A stretch of 64,000 bases of DNA from Nageia nagi. Lineage: Eukaryota; Plantae; Pinophyta. Under the pieces are notes generated by a model. It had not been told where the DNA came from. It ran no database searches and saw nothing but the letters and a program-made list of their open reading frames with translations. Below, one piece after another: positions 1 to 13,832 of this stretch (position 1 is its first letter; each line of letters opens with the position of its first letter). Location of the stretch: NCBI GenBank assembly GCA_050084985.1, contig JBITNC010000002.1:7812001-7876000 (forward strand), given 5' to 3'. The translations under genes and the position numbers were made by a program.

Positions 1-204
1 TCAATAGCAGGTATAATGCCATTGATGAGTAAATAAAGGAGATTTCCCTTTAAAAGGGCATTTATAGGTTTGAATTTTTAGTGATACAAGTCTGTAGGAG
101 TTGAAGACATGCTGAAGAATGTAGATATTAGTGTGTATTTGTATTTTGTGGAAAGCAAAATCTGCATTACATGGTTTAGCCACCCACAAATTTTGGTAGA
201 GGTC

Positions 205-570
205 CTTAAATTTTGGTGGACACTCATGATGTTTTTGATTGTATGATCAAACCATACATCTTATCATGGAATATGATAATTTTAGGTTACCAAATATAAG
301 GTTTTTCTCAACAAGTATTGAAACTATTTCACCAAATACAATAAACACTAGTAGTAGTCCAACAAAATGAGTTCAGCTTTTCCAACATCTTCAAAGAATG
401 CACCAAACTGAGAAATTTGCAAAAGGATTTATACATACATCAAAGACTCTTTAAAATAAATAAAAAATTTATCAAATGTTATGGTTATTAGTACTTTGTT
501 AGATATATATGCAAAATATAAAATCATGGAGAAGACAAATGAATTATTTGATAAGATCAATGATTGAAAC
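205..570 (+). pseudogene. PLS-class pentatricopeptide repeat (PPR) gene fragment, degenerate
   Basis: Manual translation: LVDTHDVFDCMIKPYILSWNMIILGYQI*GFSQQVLKLFHQIQ*...QQNEFSFSNIFKECTKLRNLQKDLYIHQRLFK..(frameshift)..LSNVMVISTLLDIYAKYKIMEKTNELFDKIND*. This is the S-P-L-S motif succession of plant PLS PPR proteins, with stops and a frameshift. Confidence 0.85.
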
Positions 571-2258
571 CCTCATTCTTGTATATTTGATACTATACAT
601 GATGTATAAAACATCATGTATACCATGAAATAATTAACACACAAATTTTGATATATGATGCAAGGAATGACATTTTAATTATCGCATTGGTTGATAATTT
701 TTTGACAGTACCCTTAGCATCAATTGATGCATAATGATTTTGATAATTTAAAAAAAAAAATAACATTGTGGTTTGATGCTTTGTGTGATGAAAAATTGCT
801 TAAATGTAGTAGTGAAGGTTTATCTACATGTGGGAAGATGTAGGATCAAGTATGATTCATCCAAGATCCAATGGTTTGTTTCCCATGGTGCCCTAATTTT
901 TCCATTTTTTCTTTAAGTTGTTTTGTTTGTAGGATTGCTAGTGATTATGTGTTGAATGTCAGCAATTGGATCATATCATTAATGACTATATTCGATCACC
1001 AATGATTAGAAGGGTTTGATAAACTTTATTATTTGTTTGAATTTGTATTTCCTTCTTTCTTTTATCGAAAGAAGGGTCATTTTTAGGTATCTACACCTTG
1101 ACTACATAATGATACACTTTTCCTTAAAGGGAGTCTTGCATATATGGATAACTATCTCCACTATTATTGTTGATACTAAAAATTTATTTATTTTGATTAA
1201 TTTAATATAAACTATAATAAATAAAAAGGTTAAATAAATGACTAAAAAATAGATGATTTTCATACACTAGATCTAGCTCTTGACCTAATCAAATTTGAAT
1301 ATAAATGACTATAAACTTAACATAATTAACCTATATTATATCAATCATAATCGAAAGCTAGCCTTCGTAGGATCTAAATGACCCTAAATTTGAACATACT
1401 TTATTATCAATCATAGTAAGCTAATGAACTATATGATATCATCATAAAGTAATACATTAGTATATGTTTATCAATCCTTATATCCTTCAAATTCATGTTT
1501 TTCATTAGAATTCCTTTCCAAGGTTATCAAACCCAACTACGATACTATGAATGAGGAATATGGTAATCACTTAGGAAATAAATATAGACTTGATAGGTGG
1601 TATCAAGAGATACAAAGCATAGAATGTAGTATAATATATCAAGCTCTAGATATGACCAATGTCACATGCTTCTTCCCTTAAAAATATGAGAGATTCCACC
1701 ATCATCAAATATGCTTCTTTACAAGTGCTCCTTGGTCTTATTTCTAAAATGATAGAAAAGAGTGAATTCGTGATTTATTCCAAAAATATAGAAAAATCAA
1801 AAATAAAGTACATTGTACTTATATATCTAAAATATAATTTTTAATTTAATAAAAATAAAATTTAGATGTTAACAATTATTATATGACTTATTGCATGTTT
1901 AATTATTCTCATATAATTTATTGCATCTACTATTCAGATATGGTATATTGTATCCACTATTATCATATAGATTATTATTTTTACTATTATTACATGCCTT
2001 AATTTAAAAAATATAATATGCTTTTTTATTGAAAAATAAAAAATAACTTGACTATCTTCTACCTTCATTGTCTAGTAATTAGCCACCCACCCTCCCTCCT
2101 TAGGACTAGTGACTTCGGTGATCAACTTACTACCTTGGTGTACACTAGTTTAATTATATAATATGACTAGCCCCATTACATAAAATTACACTAAATGATA
2201 TCATATTTTATGTTATTACATTTTGAAGATTGAGGTTTTAACCCATAAAAGTTTTGGT

Positions 2259-2260
<2 letters not shown>

Positions 2261-2343
<83 letters not shown>
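2261..2343. repeat. (AT)n microsatellite
   Basis: Uninterrupted AT dinucleotide run of about 83 bp. Confidence 0.98.
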
Positions 2344-2345
<2 letters not shown>

Positions 2346-3004
2346 TATGCTTTAAAATCATCTATCACATATCCTTTTTAAAAGTTGAGATTTATCTTAC
2401 ATATATTATGTAAATAATGTTATTATCCAAAAGATATTATCTACATCAAATATTGTGTCTTTCAAATATATTGATTACATTCTCTTTTCAAGATATTCAT
2501 AATAAAGATTGTATCTCTTACCATACAAGAAAATGCTCCAATCCACATAATATCATTTCAAAATGTTATCATGATAAAATAAAGTTCTATTGTGCCATTA
2601 TTCTAATGACCATCCAAACTAACAATATGTATCATTGGTTATATCATCTTTTACAACAATGTCTATTTATCCCATGCACTCTTTTAGTCTACATTACATG
2701 TATGAATACCTATTGATCTTTTTATATCCTTCCCTTCTCTTATAATTATCCATAGTTCATTGAAGATATACATTTTAAGCTTTAAAAAAAATGAAGAGGG
2801 ATGAGTATGTTGGTAGTGAAAACTCTTCCAAGGGCATTTCAAACCTTTATTTACTAACATATTGATACATTATTCATTATTCCATAACCTCATATATTAT
2901 TTTTTAATACATATGACATTATCTCCTTATTTACATGATAAAATGGTTAGCCTTTATGTTGCAAGAAAATGAGGTTTATCAGCATATGGGTGTTCTAATC
3001 CACT

Positions 3005-4007
3005 TGTGATCATGAAAAACAACCCTATGCACAGACAAAGACAAACCAGATTTAAAACAAAATACTAATTTTATTATTCTCCATGAAAACCTCAATAGTT
3101 GTGTGAACAAATATATTGCTTTTTGAATTTTATAATAGTTTTTGGGAGTCTTTTACAGAGATCTTATGCCCTGCATAAGATGATCTTTATAACAATGATT
3201 TAAATCTAATATTCTGGGTTGAATTCTGATCCTTTTATCTAAAGAGAGTGCACCAGCCATGCTTCAACATTCTTTGTTCTATCTTTAATGTCTTTGGACT
3301 CTGCAAACACACTAAAATACAAAGTATCACACCATACCTGTTCATATATTAATCATGCAACATAGAATAATTATTCTATAACTGAAAAATAAGGAAATAA
3401 TTCATAGAACATATGCATCTTTATACTATCAAAATCGCAGCAACATTCTATCGAAAATCATAGTAACATTCTATCAAAATCGTAGCAGCATTTCCTTACT
3501 CCAAAAATGGGTCCCCTTGTTCATATACAGAGCTTATATTTATAAGCTCAACAGTTTGTTATTCATTTGTTTTACCGTCACAAGATTCCAGGTAACATCC
3601 CGTACGAATTTTTGAGGTGTTATTATCTCAAATCTGCATCCATAATTCTAAATTACGCATGCTAGGCTATTCTAGGCTTAGATTTGTCTATTTCTGAATT
3701 ATTCAAGGATCGTTAATGATCGTATTGGATCGTCAACGATCGTAGTGGATCATCAACGATTTTTCCACAATTTTTATAATAATATTAAAGTGATCACCAA
3801 ATGGTCATTTTTTAATGAAAAGGGGTCATATGACCACTCGTTTTGTATCTACTCAAAAAGATCTATCCAATAATGAAGTTTTCAAGCTTGTTTGAGGCCT
3901 ATATAAAGAGTTATGATTATTTTAATATGATATATGTTAAAAAGATACTTATTTTATTTATTTATATGTTGTTAAACTAGATGTAGGGTTTATTTTGTGT
4001 GTCTACA
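3005..4007 (-). repeat. 3' LTR (1003 bp) of the Tat/Ogre-like element
   Basis: Aligns with 14946-15987 at roughly 96% (by-eye count, mostly transitions). Termini TGTGATC...GTCTACA. Confidence 0.95.
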
Positions 4008-4021
4008 TTTTGCCCCTTTTT
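4008..4021 (-). promoter_or_regulatory. Polypurine tract (PPT)
   Basis: Minus strand reads AAAAAGGGGCAAAA immediately before the TGTAGAC start of the 3' LTR. Confidence 0.85.
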
Positions 4022-4546
4022 GAATTATCAACCGAAGATGAGGTTGATAGTTTCAAAAAATGTAGAATGAGAAGCTTTGTTGTTTGATTATATGTTGCTA
4101 ATTTTCTATGATATAAGTTTTTGACTCAATTTCTTAGATGAATCAACATTTTGATTTATCAAATTATGATAAAATGTGTTTCCACTTAACATTTGATATA
4201 ATTTTGAAAACAAATTTGAATATACTTCAGAAGTGATTGTTTTTGGTATGACAATGTGTTGAGCTTGTGTGACAGTTGCATGATATTTCTATTATGTCAT
4301 TTTGCATGTCTAAGCACACATGTACCATATAAGTCCTCTTTAGTATATGAGTTTGATGGTGTTGTCCTTTGTCCCGACAACGGGGTTTCAAGATGATATC
4401 TTGTAACAATGATATATCACATTTTATTTCCTTTGATATTTGTAAATGTTAATGATATTTTTAAGAAATATCATCAAAATCTTTTTCATATAAAGCTTAA
4501 GATCTTTTAGTAGGATATAATTATAGCTTCTCTGAATCAAAATTTA

Positions 4547-4600
<54 letters not shown>

Positions 4601-4674
4601 CATCATCTGGTGTTGTCATGAGGATATTCCTTGCCATGACTAAATATGATTTTTTAACTTTTGCAATTGATACA

Positions 4675-4968
4675 TTTTGAAAATGATATTGTAATACATC
4701 AAAAATACACGTGTCAATCTCCATATTATGTGTTGTTTATGCTAGTTGCATGACAAGACTCTAATTTGTCTCTGCATACCGAAGCGAGTATGTGATGGTA
4801 AGCTTATTTGATGTATACAATTTTGAGATAGTGATGTTGTATATCAAAACTTCACTTGTTTTTATCTCCATATTGTGTGCTATTTATGACGGTTGCATGA
4901 CAAGACTCTAGTTTGTCTATGCATGCTGAAGCGAGTATGTGATAGGAAGCTTGTTTTATATATACAAA
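4675..4968. repeat. About 147-bp tandem duplication in the element's 3' region
   Basis: CTCCATATT...GTTGCATGACAAGACTCTA.TTTGTCT.TGCAT...GAAGCGAGTATGTGAT occurs twice, at about 4719 and 4866. Confidence 0.85.
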
Positions 4969-7900
4969 TCATCTTTCACTTTTCTCTGCTTTTGACCTAG
5001 CAGAATGGGTTTCATGATGATCTTTTACATCTTGTGTTTGTTTTGCCATCTGAGCTCAGACTTAGTCTGATCTTTTCTTCTTTTTTTTTGACTTAGTCAG
5101 GGATCGTTGACGATCTTTTAGGATGGTTGACGACCGTTAAAGTGATTGTCATCGATTTATATAGTAAATACTATTTTTATAATAGTATATTTTGATATAA
5201 ATATCTTAGTTTCTTGTATTTAGACTTGTTGTGATGGCAATTTTAATTATTTTACCCTAGTAAGTTTACTCAATACTAGTCCTTCATGTGCCGATGTGTT
5301 TGGTAGTCATGTGACATTGGAGCATTCTTCTAGGTGAAAAATAATATAATTTATAATTTGTTCACTTTCATCTTAGTGAACGAAGCTTCTAATTTTGTCT
5401 ATACACAAATAAATTTTAAGATATTTAAAAAAAATACTTCATATTATATATTTTCAAATGAGATAATTCGTTGACGATCTGTGTGAAATCGTTGATGACT
5501 ACATAACGATCACCGACGATCCATGACGCGAGGGGTTTTTTAAAAGAGATGTAGCCATGTTCTTGCTATGTGATCATGGGCTTACTTTGATTGTGGTGCT
5601 AATCTTAGCATTATGGCCCCTTTTGATCTGACTAATGATGTCAGTGATGATGATGATAGACTGTTCAAAAAACTAATCCATATTAGCTAGTGAACAAGTA
5701 AGATGAATATACGAGTGATTCTAACCTTATTGTTTCAATCATTTATAGGTGAACATAAGGTTTGATTTTAGGTCATGGGAAATTGTATTTACCTCAATTA
5801 TCCAAGTATGATTTCTGGAGCTTTGCAATTGAAATATTTTGAACACACGTTGGTTGTACACCAAACAAGTACTAAAGGCTTGTTTCCATATATCATTACA
5901 TGGGTGTCTTGTGTTTACCCCGAGGAAATGTATGGAGCCGAGTCAGGTATATGACATGAAGTCCCCTTTGTGTGCACTAATTTAAATTTTGATTATTATG
6001 TTTTACTATAGAAAGGTAGGTTTTGCAAAAATCACTAGAATCATGCTTTTTGATGATTAAGGTTTCTTGAATACATGTAACAATAAGTGATAACTAAACA
6101 TGCATAACATGACATATGATTTGAACTAGGAAGTTCATGATTCATTGTAAGATCATAAACAATCAATGGTGTTTGTCCTATCAAGGATTCATGATGAAAT
6201 TGTTTATGATCAAGTTTGCATGTTTAATTGGTTATCTTCTTCATGTTTTGACTTATTCCCATGAGTACATATCTGTGATGTATGAATATGACGAATGGTT
6301 GACACTTGTGTGTAATCACATATGATTTTTTCATAAACGTAAATTCATATGTGATACATGATTTTTATCTTGCATTGTTGTCATGAATGCATTTAGTATA
6401 TAATGGATTGCTCAATGTTCCACTCATGTTTTTGTAAATGTTGTAACATAGCGACAATGATGAGATGTTTTATTGTTGTATATGCTTGGTGTTTCTTTCA
6501 TGATTAGCTCCATTTTACCTAGTTGTAGGACCTTTTTGTTATTTATTTTTTTTTTTTAACTACAAACATTTTTTTTTTTAATGGCATGATGTGATGAGCA
6601 AACATATTCATGTATCTTAAGAAGATACAAACAAACTAATATGTTATCATTGTAGAACTACACAAATACCACTAGACTCATAAGTAGGTGATAATATACT
6701 TGAGGTTGGTAAGTGGTTAAGTCAAGACTTATACACTTGAGTTTATCAACTTATATATGAATATTTTAAATCTTGATTTTTGTTGGTTGATGGTAGAGAC
6801 AAATGATTTGCTTTGGGTCATGGACAATCATATTTGCCTCAAATTATGATCAAACATAAACTTTTTGAATTTTTGCAATCAAAGTATTTTGAAAATAAGT
6901 TCTACATTTTACTAAGTACTCATGATTGTCTACAAAATGCTATTTCATGGAACACTGTATTCCATAGGCTCTATGCCATTAGCATGTATGTGACGTGGAG
7001 TCCTTTCAAAGTAGATAACATTTTAATGTTTGATAATTCTGCTATTTTCTCTAGCAGAATGGGTTTCATTATCATTTCTTGCAAAAATCATTAGAAAAAT
7101 GTTTTTTCATGATTGGGGTTTTTTGTTGAACAAGACTTGAAAACAAGACAAATGCATTCTACCTCATTTATCGAGATGGTGATACAAAATCAAGTTTGCT
7201 ACAAAGATCGTCATAATGATAGATGATATATATTATGTATTTTATTATTAATTCTTAATAAATTTAAAAGCATGATTATTAAACTTTAATCATGAACTTA
7301 CTTTGATGTACCACACATTGATGGTGTATCTCTAAGTTCGAATAAGTACTTCGATTATTGTTATTAGTTTTATTGTTATTTCAATCATCGATGTTGATTT
7401 TAATTTTTTTTTTTTTAAATATGTTTTATATTTTTATGGATTTTATATTGATATACCTAATCAAGTACTTATGATGAATAAAATAATCGTAATTGCCCCA
7501 TCAAAGATTTCAGGATGGAATTGTTTATAATTTGATATCATCAAAGATTCATGATGAGGAATATGACAATAACAATTATCCCATCAAAGACGTATGGGAT
7601 TATTATTGTATTTTTATTTTTTAAATTTTTATTTTGATATTATTAAATATCTTCAAATTTAAGGATAATGATTTGAAAAATTGTAGTATTAGATTGTATC
7701 ATTTACCAAACTTGGCTATTAATACTTTTTATTTTATGATAACATGTACAAAGGATATGGAACAAGATGTAACACACATTCAATTTATGGGTAGATGATG
7801 ATGAATGGAAAGGGAAGAAGAACATCAACTTTTAATTCAAAAGGAAGAGCAATTTCTTACTCTCGATCCCAAGGAATAATGGAAGCTATAAAATTTAACA

Positions 7901-9801
7901 ATGTTCTAGGGTTGACTTTTATCAATCTATTAAGGGCAATTTCTTGCTTAAACTTGTAGATAAGAATAGAAGCAAAAGGTTTTAACAACAACAATGTTGA
8001 CTCCCATATTAATGGGGAGAGCAATTACTCGCTCTTTTTCTCAAATAATATGGAAGCACCTCCAATTTAACATTCGATAAAGATAGATTAGGAAATATAT
8101 GGATGTTAGATAATAAAATATGAAAGTTGGTATAGTATAACGTGTATGGGGGGATGGTGGATGTTAATATGAAAATAGTATAACAAATGAATGGACATAG
8201 GATGTATTGAGTATTTAGAGAGATAAACTAATCAACTCATCAAGGCATTGATAAATATAAGTGTAATATTAATTACTATGTAATAATAAATAGTATGGGA
8301 TGGAGGCATGGGATGATGAATAAATGTAATGATCATAATATTCAAGTTGACCATATTAACCAATCACCATTAGATTTTTTCTTCTTTAGATGATATGAAA
8401 CAAATTCATGGTGTTCTCAAAATTATCATAGACTCATGTGTGTGCAATGATGTTTATTTCCATCTCTAGACAATCTCAAACTAAATGTCACAAGAGCATA
8501 AAATATATAAGCTAGTTCATCCATATGAAACGTATAGAGGTCCATAGGAAAGAAGGTCGCTAACCAATATGGACATGTCGCCACTTGTAAGGTATGCCCC
8601 ATTGCCAGACAGGCATCCATAGCCCCAATGAGGATTAACCACTCGATCCCACTACAACCTTGCTCTACTACCAGTCAGGCGTCCATAGCCCCGGTAGAGG
8701 ATATTGTAATCACCCAAGAATCATTGATATGATGTAGTAATAATTTTTTTTTTTAATTTTTTTTTTTTGACTTTTGATTTTTTTTTTGTCATCTCTTTTC
8801 ACCTCTTTTTTTTTAACTATCAAATGATTCTTGGGTTCGAGATAAAGCGAATAATAGGATGAACATGCAATACTTTTGCTCGAAATCATGCTCTTGTAAC
8901 ACCTCATTCTTGACTATTTTAAGATTATTTAAATGTGAAGATGTGTATGAGTCTGTAATAACCTTAAGTGTATCATAGTCATGTTTGTTTATCATCCAAA
9001 GTTTCAAAAATTTCATGATGAAGGTTGGTAAAGTCAATAAGAATATTAATTTCATAAACTATTTCTTTTACAATAAGTATTAAACATATTTGTATAATGT
9101 ATGGAAGTGATCATTGATAATGTATAGTATATATGCCTTGATGAATTGTTAGAATATAATCTGATACTCAAATATTCCAACATAATGGGGGATGAATATG
9201 AGGTGGAAAAAGGGGAAGACATAAAAGTGCAATAAACATGTTATAACCTATTTCAAAATTAGATATGATCATTTTAGTTTTTAATCATATTTTGATGTTT
9301 GTGTGATTTCTAAATCATGTTTTGATGATTTTTTTTTAATAAAAATAAAATGATTTATATATATATATATATATATATATGATGGAGGGCAATTACCCCA
9401 ATGTGATCTATGTAAAACATGAGGAGATCAAAAGTAAGATGGGGGATGACTGCCCCAATGTGAACGATGTGAAGAAGATTGAATGTCCTGATGCAAATAA
9501 CATAATTCATCATTATTTAATTGTGTGGAATGTATGTATGTATTTTGTAGATGATGTAAATTGTTATCTATTAATACTTCAAATCATCTATCATCCATCA
9601 AATCATGAAAGGCATGATTTAATTGGTGGCAATGTTTAGTATCATGCCCCAATTGATGATGATAAACATGATGTCCATAGTTATTGTATTTTATTGACTT
9701 AGGCTTTAGGTTTCCTTTCATTATATGATCTACCACTCTCTTAGGTCATTTCAATGATTGCATTCCATCGATGTAATCATTTTTGGATTTTAATTTCCAT
9801 C

Positions 9802-12800
9802 TCATATCTTTATGATTATGCCCTTGCCTAGCAGAGATGGATGATGATTTCCCTTTGACTTTTGCATAGGAGGTTTCATTTTTGATGATTTTGTAATATT
9901 ATAATGTGAGTATGGATTTTCATCTCTTCGTACACAATGGAGTACTCCCTCATGAATGTATTTTAGACAACCATGAAATGTAGATGGGACACATTCCATT
10001 TCTTGAATCCATGGTCTACCTAAAAGAATATTATATTGTTTGATGTTTCCTTTGATGATATATAATGATGTTTGTATCATCTTACATCCAATGGTGATGG
10101 GTAACACTATCGACCCTATTGTTGAACATAAGGCATTATTAAATGCTTTTATTTGTAATGATGGTAAAGAAATATGAGAGAAAGGAAGATTCAATTTGTG
10201 ATATGCCAATGTAGATATGATATTGACATCTGACCCTTCATCTATTAATATCCTCTTAACAATTTTACCATTTACTTTACTGATGACATGGAGAGGTGGA
10301 TCTAACCCTTGAGGTCCCTTGTTTGGTTGTCTCTCATGTTCATAAAAAGAAATTATAGGCTGATGTATCAATGGAGGAACTTGCTTTTTGAATTTTTGAT
10401 TATATTATATATCAATTTGTTTTTCTTGTATATTTTGAGTTCTAATATCAACTCCAACTATTCCTATAATAGGTTGATTACTTGGATTCCAAGTGGGTGT
10501 CACTTGATTTTAATTAGGTACAATAGATACTGTATTTACTTGATATGAAGGAAGTGAGTCTTGATAATTTTTTAAATTTTGATTTGAAATAGAAGTATGA
10601 TCTTCAACTTCCTAGTTATTATCTTTGATTGAATTTTGAGTTCTATTTCTCAATGCTAGACAATTTTTCATACTATGACCTCTTTGATGGTGATAATTAC
10701 AATACTCATTTTTGTTATATTTTTCTTTCCTTGTAATTTTTATTTCACCAAATTCAATCTTGACCTTCTCAATTATAACTGCTTGAGCAATAACTTCTTT
10801 GAGAGTATTATATTGTTGGATTTGTAATATACTAGCTATAGGCCTTAAACAATTTTGACTGAATAATTTAACTAACTCCTCCTGAGGTAAGGTATAGGGC
10901 ATGCCATAGAGTATATCCCTCCATCATGAAACAAAGTCAACAATTGATTCATTCTGAGATTATTTTAGTTTTACAAGATCCATAATAGAAGATTCCTCTT
11001 TGATATAAATCCTAAAATGTTGTAAGAACAAGTTTGCCAATTGAGGAAATGAATAAATACTATGTCGTGGTAAATTATTATACCATTCCAAGGCTTGGGC
11101 TGCAAGCGTCATGGGGAACAAACGTATCATCAAGTCCTCATCGTTATAAATTACATAATTTGAAAACTTAAACCACCTTAAATATTCCTTAGGATCCTTA
11201 TTTCCTATAAAAGGAATTATCTTAGGTATTTCAAAGTTGTAAGGTAACTTCTTCTTAGGGACACTTGGATGGATGGGTTCATTGCAAATATTGTTATATG
11301 TTAACTTCTTGAATCATGATATGTTCATTTCTTTATTCATGAAATCCTCTAATTTATTATCTATCCAACTACCCTGAGGATGTTTTCAGTATCTTCTATG
11401 ATTGGTGTTTCTTTTTGACTTCAGGTTTGAATTATAAAATTCATCATCAGAAAGAGATCTTGACAATAGTGATGAAGATGGTAATGATGGAAGATTAGAA
11501 GGTAAATGATGTCCTTGCATTGGATTTCTAAAAGTTGTAGATGGTTGTACTTTATTTTGTTGAGACTTCTCGTGAAGTAACCAACTATCTCGAACTTCTT
11601 GTTTTACCTTATCAAAAATTTGTCGTTGTTTATCAAGCTCTTGCTTTTCTTTTTCTTTGAGTTCTATATTCTTTTCCTTAAGTTTGGATTCCTCTTTTAA
11701 CTTATGTTTAACATCTTCATATATTTTACTAAAGTTTATAGTTTTTTCATAATCTCTCTCTATGTGTTTTCTCTTTGCCTCCAACTCCGCAAAAGAGGGT
11801 ATCTCTCCTACCCTGAATTGTTTAGCTAAAGCTTTTCTACATTTTTCTTGCAATGAGGGTTTCTCATAGGAATAAGGATCATAGAAGAATTTTTTTGAGA
11901 TCTTACATTGAGGAGTTGTTTGTGAGGTTCTTACTGAATACAAGGTCATTCTATCAAAATCTTCCATACAAGACCTAGCCCTATGAAGTGTTTTTTGATA
12001 GGTGGGGTCAGTTATCCTAGCTTATGAAAAGGTGCTTTGAGGTTGATAATCTAAACTCTCAAGAGGCAATTCTCTTTGTTGATTAGAGTAAGAGTCTTTA
12101 TATCCCCATACTTGGTAATTAAGAGGTGATGATAATTACACCCAAGCTTGACTCTTTTGGTTTGCATAAGTTTTTACATCATGCTTTTGCCTCATCTCTT
12201 CTTGTCTCATTTTGTTGAAGAATTTCCCATGTTGGTTGTGAGAAATACATGCTTGTTGTTCATGGGATTTTTCTTGAAAATTATCTTTAATTGTTTGGAC
12301 CTGAAGAGGGGTATCAAGTGTATCCTCATTACACTTCTCCTTATTAAAATGTGTTTCAGCATCACCACTATGATATGTTATTTTTCTATATGGTTTTTCT
12401 TTCACAAGCTTATATATGTTAGTCTTAGAAATTTCTTTTTCCAATTGGAACTCCTTTGGTTCAACAAGACAATCTAAGAACTTTTTTATATGTAATTCTT
12501 CAATTTTTTCTCGTGGTGAGCATAAAGAAGTTGTATTACCCAGCTTAGAAGTATCATGAGATATATGAAACTCAATCGAAGGTTTTATAGTTTCAATAGG
12601 AGAAGGAGAATTAGATTGTGATTCTATAGAATATTCAAAAAGGTCCTCAAGATTTATTTCAAGCTCCTCATCTTCAATATCATATTCATTCCAAAGCGGG
12701 GGTGAGGATGTCAAAGTGTCAAGCTTTTGGAGGTCATAAGATTTAGTAAAAGATCTTGTGTCATAATCCTTAGCATTGATATTTGCTTCATCCCTCGATA

Positions 12801-13245
12801 TATCGGGGTAATGAGATTTGAAATTCTCAAAACAAGATACACAACAAGATTTTAATTTGATAAGATGTTTCAATGAGTTTTCAATCTTTATGATGGGCTC
12901 ATTATTTTCAGTGTCAAACTCATCCCATGATGAGGGCGGAGGAATGGAAGAACTATACTCTAGCTCTTCATGGGATCTAACAAGGCTTTCTGAGGATTGA
13001 AGAAGAGGCATGGTACATTGTTCTATCTCTGCTAAGTATGCTAAAAGCTTTTCAATGTCGATATAAAAATCATTCTTCATGACCTCTAAAGTAGAATAAG
13101 TATCTAAGGTTGACTTGGAAAGATGTGACCATAGTCTTTGTATTTTTGGTTTTACTTTGATAGAAAAAGGAACATAATTTAAAAGTGCAACCAAGACAAA
13201 CTTCATAATGATAAAATTCAAAGGCCTTTTAATTGTTCTCAACAA
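9802..13245 (-). pseudogene. gag: Retrotransposon gag-aspartic protease polyprotein, interrupted
   Basis: ORFs 12136-13245 and 11386-11967 share a frame, separated only by single in-frame stops. The frame continues into the gag core FEIPKIIPFIGNKDPKEYLRWF...DEDLMIRLFPMTLAAQALEWY (about 11060-11240), then the Zn knuckle CNYHHQRGHSMKNC (ORF 10612-10902) and the protease ILIDEGSDVNII...ILLGRPWI (ORF 9802-10371). Confidence 0.9.
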
Positions 13246-13832
13246 CTAAAGATTTGTATGGATCTAGAGTGACTGACACATGCCTATGTTTCTATTTGTC
13301 ACAAAGGGCTCAAAGTAAAAAACTTACGTAAAATCAACTTTTAATGTCTTTTAAACCTATTCCTTTGTAGGACCTATTATATCATTCCATACGTCAATTA
13401 AGTATTTAAATATATATATATATATATTTTATCAAGTTGTATAATAAAATTGTCAAATTTGTTTTGGTTTGGTAATTAAATTCTAATTATAATATAGAAT
13501 ATTCCGAATTTTTATACTTTATATTAATTTTATTTTAATATTTTATATTTATTTTTTCATTTTAAATTTTTATATTTAATATCTTAATACTGTAATTTAA
13601 TATTTTATTTTTAATATTTAATGTTATGATTTTTAATTTTAGATTAATTTTGATTTTATTTTAATTTATATTTAAATTCTTTATTTTATATTTTTAATAT
13701 TTTATGTTTATGTTTAGATAATATCTTATATTAAATTTGTATATGTTTAAATTTATTTCCTAATTTTATATTTATATTTTTAATATATATTTTAATCTAA
13801 TAATTTAGTATTCTATTATTTACCTTATATTT

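Noticed and set aside
2400-2940. Possible DNA-transposase relic
   Set aside because: Only vague similarity, with no catalytic motif or terminal inverted repeat to support it.
7840-8075. CRISPR-like repeat/spacer array
   Set aside because: Repeats are degenerate, only three units, no cas genes, and the context is a eukaryotic retroelement.
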